A DNA stretch of 63,367 nt, the filler included, from Globobulimina sp. (taxonomy: Eukaryota), in the NCBI GenBank assembly GCA_003354225.1. It is 36 parts of 36 records of this genome, joined end to end, with 100 filler letters (N's around TTAATTAATTAA, not from the genome) between each part and the next. Parts side by side here need not be neighbours in the genome. Positions count along the whole stretch, not along the records: positions 47,610 to 49,271 come from PIVH01013449.1; positions 49,372 to 51,033 come from PIVH01013450.1; positions 51,134 to 52,795 come from PIVH01013451.1; positions 52,896 to 54,557 come from PIVH01013452.1; positions 54,658 to 56,319 come from PIVH01013453.1; positions 56,420 to 58,081 come from PIVH01013454.1; positions 58,182 to 59,843 come from PIVH01013455.1; positions 59,944 to 61,605 come from PIVH01013456.1; 28 more parts are not named here. The stretch is one strand, 5' to 3'. Shown one piece after another: positions 47,840 to 60,390 of the stretch (the stretch's first letter is position 1; each line of letters begins with the position of its first letter). A program made the translations under genes and the position numbers. Under the pieces are notes generated by a model. The model saw nothing but the letters and a program-made list of their open reading frames with translations. It made no database searches and was not told where the DNA came from.

Positions 47840-49271
47840 ATGATGTGCTTCTTTGAATCTTATTTTCTATTTTTACTGCATTGTGTGATACCATTAATAA
47901 CTGCAGCAAATAGTACAAACACTACAATCGAGCCAATAACAAGTGTATCAAACATATTATGGTCGCGTTTATCAAATTACACGTGTACTGATTTCACGCC
48001 AAGAATTGGTATATTTTATAATATTTCACAAACTGAATGTGAATCGATATGTTTATCTGCAAACTATTCGATGCAATGTACGACAGCTGTATGGTATGCA
48101 TATGTCAAACCGATTGAAAATGACGTACCAAGATGCTATTTATTTGGACAAAGTTGTGAATTAATACAAGAGACATTGAGACCGGTTATTACCTCATTTT
48201 GGTACAAAAATATTACTGAAAAGATAAACTGTATCAATTATCCATCAAATTGGAAAGATAATTATCTCGATGATTGTGACACGTATTCAAAGTATAATTG
48301 GTGCCAACAGGCAAACAATTCATCAACAACAACAATATTGACATATCAAGACGAATTCTATGGTTTCAATGCTTTAAAAGCTTGTTGTGAATGCAAAGGA
48401 GGCATATATAGTTACGATAGCATGTATTTAATCGAACCAAAATGGAAACCAACTTCTAAATTAAACATATATAATGACAATGATTTCATTTGTGACACCG
48501 CTGGTTTTCCATTATCATTATTTAATGAACTCGATATTTTAAGTCACCATAGATTTGATTTTATTGACTTTGTAGGTATATGTCAACATTTACATGCATC
48601 GTTATATGATAAATATAAATTATTATTATCGATCAGTGCCAACAGCAACGACATTATCAATGCAAAAAATATTTATTCAGATTTCAGTAAATTTAAAGAG
48701 TTTGATTGTGTGGATAATTTACTATTAAATAATGTCACTATCTGTAATAATACGGATGAAAATAACTTATATCCATTCATTATCGATTTAGAAGAAGATC
48801 ATATTTATATTAATAATCATTATATAAATTCAGAAACATTTCTTTATCATTTACCGCCAACCAATGTTAATACTAAATCGTTTTGTTCGTTTTCAATGTT
48901 TCTAAATACTACATTTCCAACCAAACCTCCAACAGAGGAACCAACATTTGAACCCACAATCGAGCCTACCATTGTTCCTACAAATGAACCAACAACAAAC
49001 CCGACCCAAAATACATCAAATCCAACCTCATCACCAACGTATGATCCAACCTATGAACCAACAATTGAACCAACACAAATAAGGCGAAGTTAAATGTATA
49101 TTTTCCTCGCAATATGCATATGTTGATATTTCTATAAAATTATATATATAAAAGGATTATTATCTGTTTATGATTCACAAATACATTTCAAAACCAATAT
49201 TATTGCAGCATTTTTATGCGAAATAGATTATACTCGGCGACCTACATTACATCCAACAATGTCACCGACTA
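47840..49271 (+). CDS. Secreted/surface protein: PAN/apple-like module, C..W.D..C..Y..C..ACC.C.GG module, PT repeats
   Basis: Hydrophobic N-terminus; SQTECESIC..C..CYL; CINYPSNWKD..CDTY..WC..ACCECKGG; PTEEPT repeats. Confidence 0.7.
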
Positions 49272-49371
49272 NNNNNNNNNNNNNNNNNNNNNNNNNNNNN
49301 NNNNNNNNNNNNNNNTTAATTAATTAANNNNNNNNNNNNNNNNNNNNNNNNNNNNNNNNNNNNNNNNNNNN

Positions 49372-50513
49372 TGGTACAATCGATGTATGTAAATAATCCA
49401 TTTTAACTCTTTGTAGATTTTATATTTGGCATTGAATGACAACTCGCTCCTTTCAAATCTGATGATATCCGACAATGCAACACATTGCAGCTGATACATT
49501 GCGTTATTTGGATACCGCTGTTTTGCGAGTAATTCCTGTTCAAATTGCTTGAATTTCTCAATACATTCTCGTGGCCTTTTTGCGCGAAGAAAGCCATGCA
49601 ACACATTTGCATAAAGTGCATAATTAAAATCAACTCCATTTTCCTCAATCATCGACAAAACATTATTCATTCCATCAATATCACCGACTTTGGTGAAGAC
49701 AGTCAAATACGCACCAAATACATAGGCGTCTTTTTCAAGTTTTTTGGTTTGCATTTTAGAGAGATATTGAATGAACAATTCAGTTGCTTTTGTTTTGTAA
49801 ATGTCTTTTTCTGCTCTCGCATAGACAGTGATCATTGCAGTATAAATAAAAGAGTTTGGTGCCAATTTATACTCATTCAGCATTAAAGAGAAATACTTTT
49901 CCGCCAACTCGCAGTAGCTCGCACTTCCTCGGCCGCAGCAGCCCTTAATCAATGTTGCAAATATGAATAGATTTGGTTTTAATTGAAATTTATTCAGCAT
50001 AATGTCAAAATATTTTACATTTTGGCTCCTCAGTCTTTCTGCGTTTGAATGAGCCATAGAATCGAAAAAAATATTAAATTCAACCAGCGAGATGTTGACA
50101 TTTTTATTGTCAATCAAAAGGTCCATAATTTGAATGACAGAATTCCAATCTCGCAATTTATCGCATTTCTGCATTGCTTTGCCATAAACAGAGGAATCGA
50201 TAATTCTTTCTGTGTCAAATGCAAATAATATAATATCTAAAACATCTGATGGTGATTTTGCATTTGCTATATCCATTCGAATGGACTGGTTGTTATTGGA
50301 TGGACGTTTTAAACCGAATACTTTTTTACGTTTGCTTTGTTTGGCATTTTTATGCTTTAATCTCAAATAATGATCTTGCATTTTATTGACTTGATTTGAT
50401 GTTGAAAAATATTTTGAATTCGATGGACCAGAACAACAATAAAAGAATAGTCTGGAAAATGAATGAAATCTTAGCCTGACATTACAAGTTCGGAGGAGAA
50501 AAGGCATTGACAC
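49372..50513 (-). CDS. Pentatricopeptide-repeat protein, probably organelle-targeted
   Basis: ~35-aa repeats (PNLFIFATLIKGC, PNSFIYTAMITVY, DAYVFGAYLTVF, NYALYANVLHGF); Arg/Ser/Phe-rich N-terminus. Confidence 0.85.
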
Positions 50514-50796
50514 GTTTTTCTAAAAGAAACTGTTTTAAGTAGTAACGAAAAATAAAAATAAAAAAGAAATATAAAGAAAAAAATAGTAATATTTAATAAT
50601 TCAATCGGCCAGTACTAGTATCAAAAAAATACTATAAAAAAATAAATAGTAATACAAATGCAATAAAAAAACACAAATAATGTTGTTATAAAATCTGAAA
50701 ATGTAATAAGTAGTAACAAAAAATAAAGAAAAAGAAAAATAAAAAAGAAATATAAAGAAAAAACTAGTAATATAATATGGCAAGAAACCAGAAATA

Positions 50797-51033
50797 CGTA
50801 CGGTAAACCTTAAAGTAGAGCGTCTGTCTTTGTACCAATACAACGCTATACTGTCAGATAGAAACAATATAAGGTCAAATCAAATGGAAACAGTAGATTG
50901 ACATTATATTCTAATTGGAATGTTCTAATTGGAATATATTGTTTCTATTTGTCCACATTGTTTTTGCAAATTAATGGTATTTGCAGCACAATTGGTACAA
51001 AGACAGACGCTCTACTTTAAGGTTTACCGTACG
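50797..51033. mobile_element. MITE, 237 bp, perfect 43-bp terminal inverted repeats, TA-flanked (Tc1/mariner-like)
   Basis: CGTACGGTAAACCTTAAAGTAGAGCGTCTGTCTTTGTACCAAT (50797-50839) and its exact reverse complement at 50991-51033. Confidence 0.8.
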
Positions 51034-51133
51034 NNNNNNNNNNNNNNNNNNNNNNNNNNNNNNNNNNNNNNNNNNNNTTAATTAATTAANNNNNNNNNNN
51101 NNNNNNNNNNNNNNNNNNNNNNNNNNNNNNNNN

Positions 51134-51578
51134 TTATCAGAGATTGAAACATATGGTCGATGATAAGATACATTCGCGAGCCAGGGGACCGGTTGCAATG
51201 TTAACCCGGCAGCCGTTAGAAGGCAGAGCGCGAGACGGCGGATTGCGATTTGGTGAGATGGAGAGAGACTGCATGTTATCGCATGGAACGGCATATTTTT
51301 TAAGGGAGAGATTATTTTTACATTCGGATAAATACAGGGTACATATTTGTGACTTTTGTGGGTTGATTGCGATTGCAAATTTGAAGAAATCGTCATTTGA
51401 ATGTAGAGGATGCAAGAATACGACACAAATTTCACAGATCTTTATACCGTATGCGTGCAAATTATTATTACAAGAATTGATGTCAATGATGATTGCACCG
51501 AGATTAATGACTATTGTTCCACAGCATTTATTTCAAGATAAGAAACATTTGTTATATAGACCTGGTTTGGCCATATGA
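51134..51578 (+). CDS. RPB2: RNA polymerase II second-largest subunit, C-terminus
   Basis: [55 protein letters not shown]. Confidence 0.97.
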
Positions 51579-51804
51579 TATTGTTTCGATTTTTGTTAAA
51601 TTAAAATTAAATTAGCTTTAATTCTATCCGTTGGCACTTGGCAACACAATTAACTTTTTTGGCTTAGTTTGGTTTCGGTTCATTTCAACGATTGACAAGG
51701 TTTTTGCTAATCGTTGAACGAAACTAAGCCAAGAAAGTTTTAAATGCAAATCAGCAGTCTACTAACAACTTCTCACTTTCCTCATTCTTGCAACATTTAC
51801 AATA

Positions 51805-52743
51805 ATGAACTTCAAGCAATCAAATGAAACAAAATCAGGCAAACATGATGTTGAGCGATTAATGATTGCAGCAGACACTAATGATTTTGCAATGTGTCAT
51901 AAAATACTGTCTACAACACCAAACCTAGTAAATGCACAGTATCCAACCATTGTAAATTGGCTCGACAAATCACCGTATAATCCCGGTGCAGCAGCAATAC
52001 ATTATGCAGCACGAAGTGGTCATTATGATATGGTGTATGTGTTAATGAATAAATACAAAGCAAACATTAATAGCAAAGATCACGAAAATTGGAATTCATT
52101 ACATTATGCATGCAATGCAGGACATTATTTACTCACAAAATATTTATATGAAAATGGAGTGGATGCCGCATTAATAAGTCTTGTTGAGAAATGTACACCG
52201 TTTCAATTTGCACAATATAAAAAATGGAATGATATCATATATTTATTACAAAGCAACGACATTAATATTGACGACCACCAACCAGCACAATATAATTATG
52301 GGTTGATTGAGAAACAAAAAATATTCAAAAGAACAAAAGGAAGATTGCATAAATTAATAAAATCAAGCGATTCCATGCACGATACAAAATTATGCCGATA
52401 TTACAAACCATTTAAACCATTGAGCTGTAGAGATGGCACAAAATGTCGATATGCTCATATTGATATTAATTATAACCAATTGGATCAAAATAAAAATATT
52501 AAATTTGATTTATATCTCCATCGATACCAAATCGATTGGGATGTTTATTACAAATTAAATGAAAATTTATGTAAAAATAATACAAAAACACTTATTTTTC
52601 AGTGCATTGATACGCAATTATTAGCATTTTATGAAAATGGCAATGTGTGGTTTATAATATATCATAATAGATATAACATGCATGAACAACGCAAATTATT
52701 TGAGGCAGTGAATGGAATCCGAGTTATACGCAGCAGTTTCTGA
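51805..52743 (+). CDS. Ankyrin-repeat plus CCCH zinc-finger protein
   Basis: AAIHYAARSGH, SLHYACNAGH; TKLCRYY..C..G.KCRYAH. Confidence 0.85.
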   Translation: MNFKQSNETKSGKHDVERLMIAADTNDFAMCHKILSTTPNLVNAQYPTIVNWLDKSPYNPGAAAIHYAARSGHYDMVYVLMNKYKANINSKDHENWNSLHYACNAGHYLLTKYLYENGVDAALISLVEKCTPFQFAQYKKWNDIIYLLQSNDINIDDHQPAQYNYGLIEKQKIFKRTKGRLHKLIKSSDSMHDTKLCRYYKPFKPLSCRDGTKCRYAHIDINYNQLDQNKNIKFDLYLHRYQIDWDVYYKLNENLCKNNTKTLIFQCIDTQLLAFYENGNVWFIIYHNRYNMHEQRKLFEAVNGIRVIRSSF

Positions 52744-53019
52744 GTATGGACGACGCGGCCCGGTGCATCCTGGAAGGCGAGGATTCCGCCAAGATNNNNN
52801 NNNNNNNNNNNNNNNNNNNNNNNNNNNNNNNNNNNNNNNTTAATTAATTAANNNNNNNNNNNNNNNNNNNNNNNNNNNNNNNNNNNNNNNNNNNNTCATT
52901 ATCAACAGTAATAATTAGAACAGAATAATAACCCTTTGGGGTCATAGCGATAAACTACAACAGTAACCACATCAAATATCAACAACAAATTTTAGACATT
53001 AAATCATACAGAAACAATA

Positions 53020-54225
53020 CGCATATCGTTGACATTTCTTGTCGTTTTAGTTGTCAGATTCGGTTTGGTAACAGATGCTTTCATGGGTATTCCTTGCTGT
53101 GCTTGAGATACCGAGTTATCTTTGATACCCAACATTTCCTTCACTTTGTTACGAATCGTCCTTAAAATAGACAATGATTTCTGGGGTAAATGGTGATCAA
53201 GCAGGTTACTGTAGTGCGTTGTTTATATAACTTGTAATTGTTAGACTAAAATTAGTATCAAATCATACTTATTCATTGTCAAATATACAGCTGGATTTAT
53301 TCCACTGTTGAGTACCCAAAGTGTATTACCAATGGCAAATTTGTATGGGTAATCGGGCAAGTAATCAGCGATACACCAATATTGGTTCAGGATGATGGCA
53401 AATATACAAATGGCGCCCGCTTGTTTTAGAATTTGTCTTTCTTGTTGTTGTACACTGTCTGCTGCTTCTGTGCTTTCTGCTGGCATACTATGTCTCTAAA
53501 ATATAATTTTAAACAATCCTCAGTATCAGATTAGGGTCTGAAAATTGGAGTACCTCAACTCGCAGATAAGCAATGATGACCAAATACCAAAATCCGGAGA
53601 GGACGATCAGACCGGCTGATTCCCACCAAGTTATAAGATGAGCTGTTTCACCCCATGTTGTTCCCATGTCATAGTAGAGAGTAAAGGTTGAGGGAAAATA
53701 TTGGTAATGAAGCCATGGGGTCATAGCAGCAAACCACCAGAGACAAGCATGAAACCAACATGCAAACACCCACAACTACAAATACATAACACAATTAACG
53801 CAATATTTAGTTACTGCATGTGATTTTGCTCTTTCCATTGCTTTGGCTCTGGCTCTGTCCCATCTCCACTGCTTGCGGTCCTACTATAGTCAACTACAAT
53901 TTATAAAAACAATCATACCTTTGTCGCCCCTTCCGAAAATAATGTCGTTTCATGTTGGAAAAAGCAGACAACGACACACCGATTCAATGCGATTGTATGA
54001 CATAATGCCACATATGACTGCCATGCTAATGCTGTTGTTGTACCAAAAAAGTACTTGTTAAACCTATTAAATACAAATATGAATATAGGTTAACACTTTT
54101 GCATTTTTCTTTACTTACCACACTGGCACCATGTCAGAAAAATTTCCCATGACAATAACTCCCAACACAAACTGTTGAATAATGTTTATAATATCTGCTA
54201 TTCCTTGGTGACGCATAAACTATAA
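53020..54225 (-). CDS. Nematode-type serpentine 7TM chemoreceptor (Srx-like), multi-exon
   Basis: Exons read LMRHQGIADII / IALNRCVVVCFF..TLFS / YQYFPSTFTLYY / ERQILKQA..WVLNSGINPAVYLTMN / TIRNKV, separated by short GT-AG introns. Confidence 0.75.
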
Positions 54226-54657
54226 CAAATTATGTTACCAGGAGTGTGTCTTTCATTTTTTTTAATAAAAAAATAAAATAAAAGAAAAAGGGGGGAAGGA
54301 GTAGTGTTTTAAACACTAGTTACAAATATGTTAAATCGGTGAAATGACACTGTAAATTGGAAGGTGAAACTGGATCTAGTCCATATTTCCAATACGAGAT
54401 GAGACAGCATGAATGGTATTCTGTTCACCCCATAGCACGTTCTCCAAGGCCAGAAGGCATAGCCATATTAGTTGACCAGAGCAGTAACTTCTACAAGGGT
54501 ATATTGTAATATTCAATATGATTCTGAGAATAATATAAATGTTGTATTTATTTTTCTNNNNNNNNNNNNNNNNNNNNNNNNNNNNNNNNNNNNNNNNNNN
54601 NTTAATTAATTAANNNNNNNNNNNNNNNNNNNNNNNNNNNNNNNNNNNNNNNNNNNN

Positions 54658-55547
54658 TATTTTTTGATGTTAATTGTTTGTTAAATGCTATATTCATTGA
54701 GCCCTTTTCTACAGAATGGCAGTAACAATCGAGTTTATTATTGTTACTGTCCAAACATTCGACTGTGTTATGAATACATATCGAATCAAACCCACCTCCA
54801 TTGATAGATATTCGTTTGGAATATAAGCGAATGCTGCTATTACTGCTTTCAATCCATACTTCTGTCAATTAGTTGTTTGTTTAGTTATTTATTTATGAAA
54901 ACAACGTAATAATTAACTTGGATCTATACTGATTTTCATGTTCAACCGACATGGATCCCACATATTGTCACAATATAACAATATGCAACCTGGGCCGTGC
55001 GAATATGGGATGAATAACTCAGCACTGTTCGTATAGCAACGATTTTGTTCATCTGTTTCTGCAGAGATGCACATCGGAAACAAGGTACCATTGAAACGAT
55101 GCCAATAATTCTGTAGTTTTCTCGTGGGACTGTTTGCATCATTGTATACTCGAAGTGGATCACTGCAGAATTCTCCGGAAGCAGCCATAATTACGTAATT
55201 ATCAAACGCATTTCCGGATAGATCCCATGGTGTTATGTCCCATGAAATGTAGACAAATCCACTGATACCGCACAGGAAGCGGCTGGCGCGAGGCTTTGTA
55301 CATTAATACATTGTATGTTCAAATAAAAGTGTACGTGAATGTATATCCTAACTGTATCTACATCAATGTCGCTACCAACACAGGATGAATAGTTGTCGTA
55401 TTTGATCGGACATTGTATGATATATTCAGCAAATTGCCAATGACAATCATCGTTATATTCACCGTTCCCATCTATATTATATGTGCATTTGCAGAGAGGA
55501 ATAAAATTAATTAGCAATATGGCAATAATAAGAGACAATTGTATCAT
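54658..55547 (-). CDS. Cys-rich secreted protein, multi-exon
   Basis: Signal peptide at 55547 and three Cys-rich minus ORFs separated by intron-like AT segments. Confidence 0.45.
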
Positions 55548-56419
55548 GTTTAAAGTGTAATTGATTTGGTATTATTTCATAATTTATGATATTTATGTCA
55601 CGTTTTGCTTTTTACCACACCAACACATATTAAATCAACAGAGTCCAATTAGAGCCTTTCAACAATGGGAATATAATCGAAAAGTTATTTGTTTGAATCA
55701 TTTATATGACAATGACCATGAAGATGTGACAACACTGTCACTATCCAATATAATATACCCAGTTCATTATTTCACATATATATATATTTGAAAGCTCATC
55801 GTTGGATTGACTTCCACTTCCACTTCCTAACTAACAAAAAACCATAGAAGACGTTACATTTGGGATGTCAACACGGGCAGCGATGCTTGGAATCAGCATC
55901 CGAACAACCTTAAAATTTTGAGTGATTACATGTAGATTTAACTGCTGTTTGGTTCTCAAGAAATAATTTTCCAATATATCCGTTATAATGAACTCTTTCC
56001 AATATTGTACATGACTTATATTGTACTCTTTGCCTTGTGGACCCAATATTGTTACCATAAACATTTTGATTGTATCCACTTGTTCCTTCCGTCCGCGACA
56101 TGCCTCACTTATTTGTAACAAAAACAGACCCCAAAATTCAAGATTTCTTTTTTTAGAAACCAACAAATTCCCCAATTCAGTCTGAACATATTTAGTTGAT
56201 TGCTGTTGTAAGATATCCAGAGATTTATTGTTTGCATTCTTCATTCTCTCATAATTCGTACGATAAACATCCTGTATTTTGGATATATCCCTTCTCATTT
56301 TTGAATCACATGATCGTAANNNNNNNNNNNNNNNNNNNNNNNNNNNNNNNNNNNNNNNNNNNNTTAATTAATTAANNNNNNNNNNNNNNNNNNNNNNNNN
56401 NNNNNNNNNNNNNNNNNNN

Positions 56420-57441
56420 TCCCATTAGATTTAGGAGCAAAAGGGACCTGTCAGATTGGTGGGAATATATCCACGAATGCCGGGGGTTTAAGACTAGTGA
56501 GATATGGTTCGTTGCATGGATCTGTGTTGGGATTAGAGGTCGTGACCGCTGACGGAAACGTTGTCGACCTATTATCGCAATGTAGGAAAGATAACACTGG
56601 CTATGATCTCAAACAACTATTCATTGGAAGTGAAGGTCAGTTGGGTGTGATCACCAAAGCTTGCGTGCTCTGTCCCAAATGGTGTGCATCCACCAACTTA
56701 TTGTTTGCGTCTGTGGATAATTTCGACAATGTTTCGAAAATCAATGAGTTGGCACGCACAGAGTTGAATGAAATACTATCCGCCATTGAATTTTTAGACG
56801 ATACTGCTATATCTCAGCCAATAAACTATTTGCAACATTGCAATGTGAGATATCCATTGCAACAACGTAATGATTTTTATATTTTAATCGAGACTCAAGG
56901 CAGCAATTTTGATCACGACCGGCAGAAATTGGATATATTTATTGAGAAATTGATGGATTTAAATCTAATTAATGATGGATGCATTGCAGAGGATATGAAA
57001 CAATTTGAATCCATTTGGAGATTGCGAGAAGGTGTAAATCCCGGAATGGTTGAAGCTGGTAAAAAATGTTATAAATATGATGTGTCGTTACCATTACAAA
57101 AATTATATAGCATTGTGAATGAATGTAAAGCTAAATTGGCATTGAATGGATATCCAAATCTGGAGATTATGGGTTATGGCCATTTAGGCGATGGCAATAT
57201 TCATATAAATGTCACTGTGGATGAATATGGTGGGGATATAGAAGAATGTCTGGAGCCATGGATATTTGAATATGTTTCATCATTAAAAGGATCCATTTCT
57301 GCAGAACATGGGATTGGAATCATGAAACCACAGTTTTTGCATCTGGCAAAGGATGCAAATTCAATTCGTTATATGCAAGAAATAAAACATTTGTTTGATC
57401 CAAATAATATATTAAATCCATATTTGGTTTTGCCACAGTAA
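56420..57441 (+). CDS. D2HGDH: D-2-hydroxyglutarate dehydrogenase (FAD-linked oxidase), 5' partial
   Basis: PLDLGAKGTCQIGGNISTNAGG, RKDNTGYDLKQLFIGSEG, GHLGDGNIH, GSISAEHGIG. Confidence 0.95.
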
Positions 57442-58181
57442 TACCATCAATTTCTTCTTTATTTAACGACTTATTATTCTGTCTATATTTTGAACAGCAA
57501 ACAAAACAGTACGTACTACACTGTAGTACTAATCGGAAAGTCCTATTGGAAACACTGAATTACTGCATTGCTGAAACCTTGCCACCGGGATTATTTTGTA
57601 GTTCACAAATGATAACCTTTTTGGCATCTTTTTTCTGAGAGCTTACCGTCATTGCTGCGTCAACTGCACGCAACCATCAGTACAAAGAGTCTATTTTACC
57701 AACCCAACTCCCCCAAGCAAGCATTCATTGGATTGAAGACATTATGCCACGCAAAAAGAGCCAAACAAAACGTGGAAAAAGCAAAAATAACAAATCACGA
57801 AAGAAATTACTCCCAAATTTACTCAATATTTTGAACCTTCATTCCCATTCAATTACGGCGAATAATAAATACATGAATTCAAATACATTGAGTATGATTG
57901 GTATAATATTAATCTTTATATTATCACTCTGTGCCTATTGTAAACCTGTACCGAGTGAATATTTCGTACGTTTAAACCCAATTACTTACATTTTCTCCTC
58001 TTCCCTGATGGCAATGAATAACGACAACGAGCATACTCATAATATCATCCTGGAGACCCATAAAACCGCCAACAATGTACANNNNNNNNNNNNNNNNNNN
58101 NNNNNNNNNNNNNNNNNNNNNNNNNTTAATTAATTAANNNNNNNNNNNNNNNNNNNNNNNNNNNNNNNNNNNNNNNNNNNN

Positions 58182-59272
58182 AACACATCAAAGCCATTCA
58201 ACAAAAGACCGAATTATGCATTAATTTGCAACAAGACATCAAAGATTTAAATGAGAATTTATCGAGCAAACAATGCGAATGTAATGGTTTGTATTTTCGT
58301 TTGAAAGAAAGAGACAAACAGATAAATGAAATCAAGGCAGAATTAAATAATTCCTGTTCACACAACATCGAGGCCGAAACTGTTCTGTCCATAAAAGATA
58401 CAAAAATTCAGAGATTAGAACAAGATTTGAAGAAAATGTACCAAACGAAATATGAAATAAATAATGAGAAAAAGGAGCTGAATCATAAACTAATTACTTC
58501 CAACCAAGAAATCGAGAAATTGAGCGAGAAGATTGAAAGAATGAGCAATCAGTTAATGAGCACACAACAAAATAAAAGCACTCTACTCAGCAAGTTACAA
58601 AATGAAAATCAAACATTAAAACAACAAAATTCAGAAATTCGCAATGTCACAAAAGATATGAAAAGTGCCATCACGCAGTTACATGAGTTGTCGAGCATTG
58701 ATAAAAAGAAGAATGGCATGGATTTGCGCGAAATGCAAGCATTGATTGACGAAAACCAGAAACTAAAACAACAATTAAGTTGCGTCAAAAGCAAATTGAA
58801 GGAGAAAGAACGTGAACTATCCACGATAAAAAAAGAGAAATCTCGTCTGCATGAACTAAGCAATAGATATCACCATCAATATCACCATCAATTAACCAAA
58901 CAACAATGTGAAGAATTTCCGGAAAACGATTATCATACAGAAGAGGATGAGGTAAATGATGACGAGGATGATACAAGAAATGATCTACAAACCGAAAATG
59001 ATAAATTATTTCAACAAATAAAGAACTTAACAAATAATCGAGCACAACAAACCTCATTATCGAGCACAACAAGTAATGGTCTTAACCATACAACAAAAGT
59101 TACAAAACCAAGGCGCTACACATTGGATTCCGCACCGATACCACCGATATCTAAACATAGTATACGCGCAAAATATGATCAAGGGCGACGAAAATTAGCT
59201 TCCGGAATGAATGAAGCGAAAAATAACTCGAGATCTAAACATATTGCTGTGAGGAATTGGAATCAACGATAA
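58182..59272 (+). CDS. Long coiled-coil protein C-terminus (weakly CCDC57-like)
   Basis: Continuous heptads; EKSRLHELSN; terminal VRNWN. Confidence 0.6.
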
Positions 59273-59943
59273 ATAACTTGATTTCTTAATTATTTTGCAT
59301 TGTATTTAACTATTTTAAAGTGTATGAGATCGAAATAAAAACCGTTTTGTCCCGATGTTCGGAACTTTCACCAAATAGTCTAGAACTTATTTGATTGTCG
59401 TAGCGTGTTATAATAATGTAATTGTCGTAGCGTGTTATACAAAAAACTTTACGCAAAATTATTTCTATTGGATAATGGCGTACAACCAAGAAGTTGAAGG
59501 TCCAAAATTAAATCAAACAGCAACCAATCTCCCCAACAGGTTTGTTAATAACATTTCTTTATAGTTTTTGTTTGTTGTTTTACTTATTATGATAATAAAT
59601 TATAGCGAATCATTTCCTGCCTTGCAACAAAATGATAATAAATGTGACAATGGTACTTATACTGCAGAGGAAACTGCCTCTGTTTATGGTTATGGTTATT
59701 GGACATTTGAATGGATTTCCGGAATGTTTGAAACTGGCTATTCGCGAGCATTGCAATTAGATGACTTAAATTATTTACGCAAGTCAGATCATTCCGAAAA
59801 TTTATTCAAAGAATTTAATGAGTCATGGAAAATACAACAAAACNNNNNNNNNNNNNNNNNNNNNNNNNNNNNNNNNNNNNNNNNNNNTTAATTAATTAAN
59901 NNNNNNNNNNNNNNNNNNNNNNNNNNNNNNNNNNNNNNNNNNN

Positions 59944-60124
59944 AAATAGGTTTATTTTTAGATGAATGCTACTATGAGGCGTACAATGAGAGGTGGGGCA
60001 ATTTGCATGGAAGTCTAGCAGCAGATGTTTACCGGGAGCAAATACAGAATTTCAAAGACACGCAATTATACCCAGCAATCGCGAAAAGGGATGAGGTAGA
60101 AGATATTAATAGACATTGGATACG
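59944..60124 (+). CDS. tRNA pseudouridine synthase PUS1-like C-terminal fragment
   Basis: [27 protein letters not shown]....W matches the PUS1 C-terminal pattern. Confidence 0.6.
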
Positions 60125-60223
60125 CTCAACGACCTTTCGTATAAAGATTCTACTCTGATCATGCGTTTGTTGAGGGATAATTTGACGTTATGGATGAGTG
60201 CGGATGACGATGATGATCAATGA
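60116..60223 (+). CDS. 14-3-3 protein C-terminal fragment (absent from the ORF track)
   Basis: TTG GAT ACG.. translates [35 protein letters not shown], the 14-3-3 C-terminal signature. Confidence 0.92.
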   Translation: MDTLNDLSYKDSTLIMRLLRDNLTLWMSADDDDDQ

Positions 60224-60390
60224 TTAATATTCTTTCAGTATCTATTTTATTTTTCTTGTGTGTGCGAGTGTATATATATGTGTGTCACTTGTGTTGGGAT
60301 GGGCAATTTTAGGGGGTTTGGGATGCAATTTTGTAGAGACGTAGATGTTTTTTTCATCTTTAAACTTTCAAGAAACTTTTTGGGTCAACA

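Noticed and set aside
53940..54060. Apparent stop or frameshift in the Srx-like exon
   Set aside because: Another frame is fully open (FNKYFFG..IALNRCVVVCFF..EGATK) and bounded by AG/GT.
59393..59439. 2 x ATTGTCGTAGCGTGTTATA direct repeat as a mini-CRISPR
   Set aside because: Only two 19-nt copies 9 nt apart, with no cas genes, in eukaryotic context.
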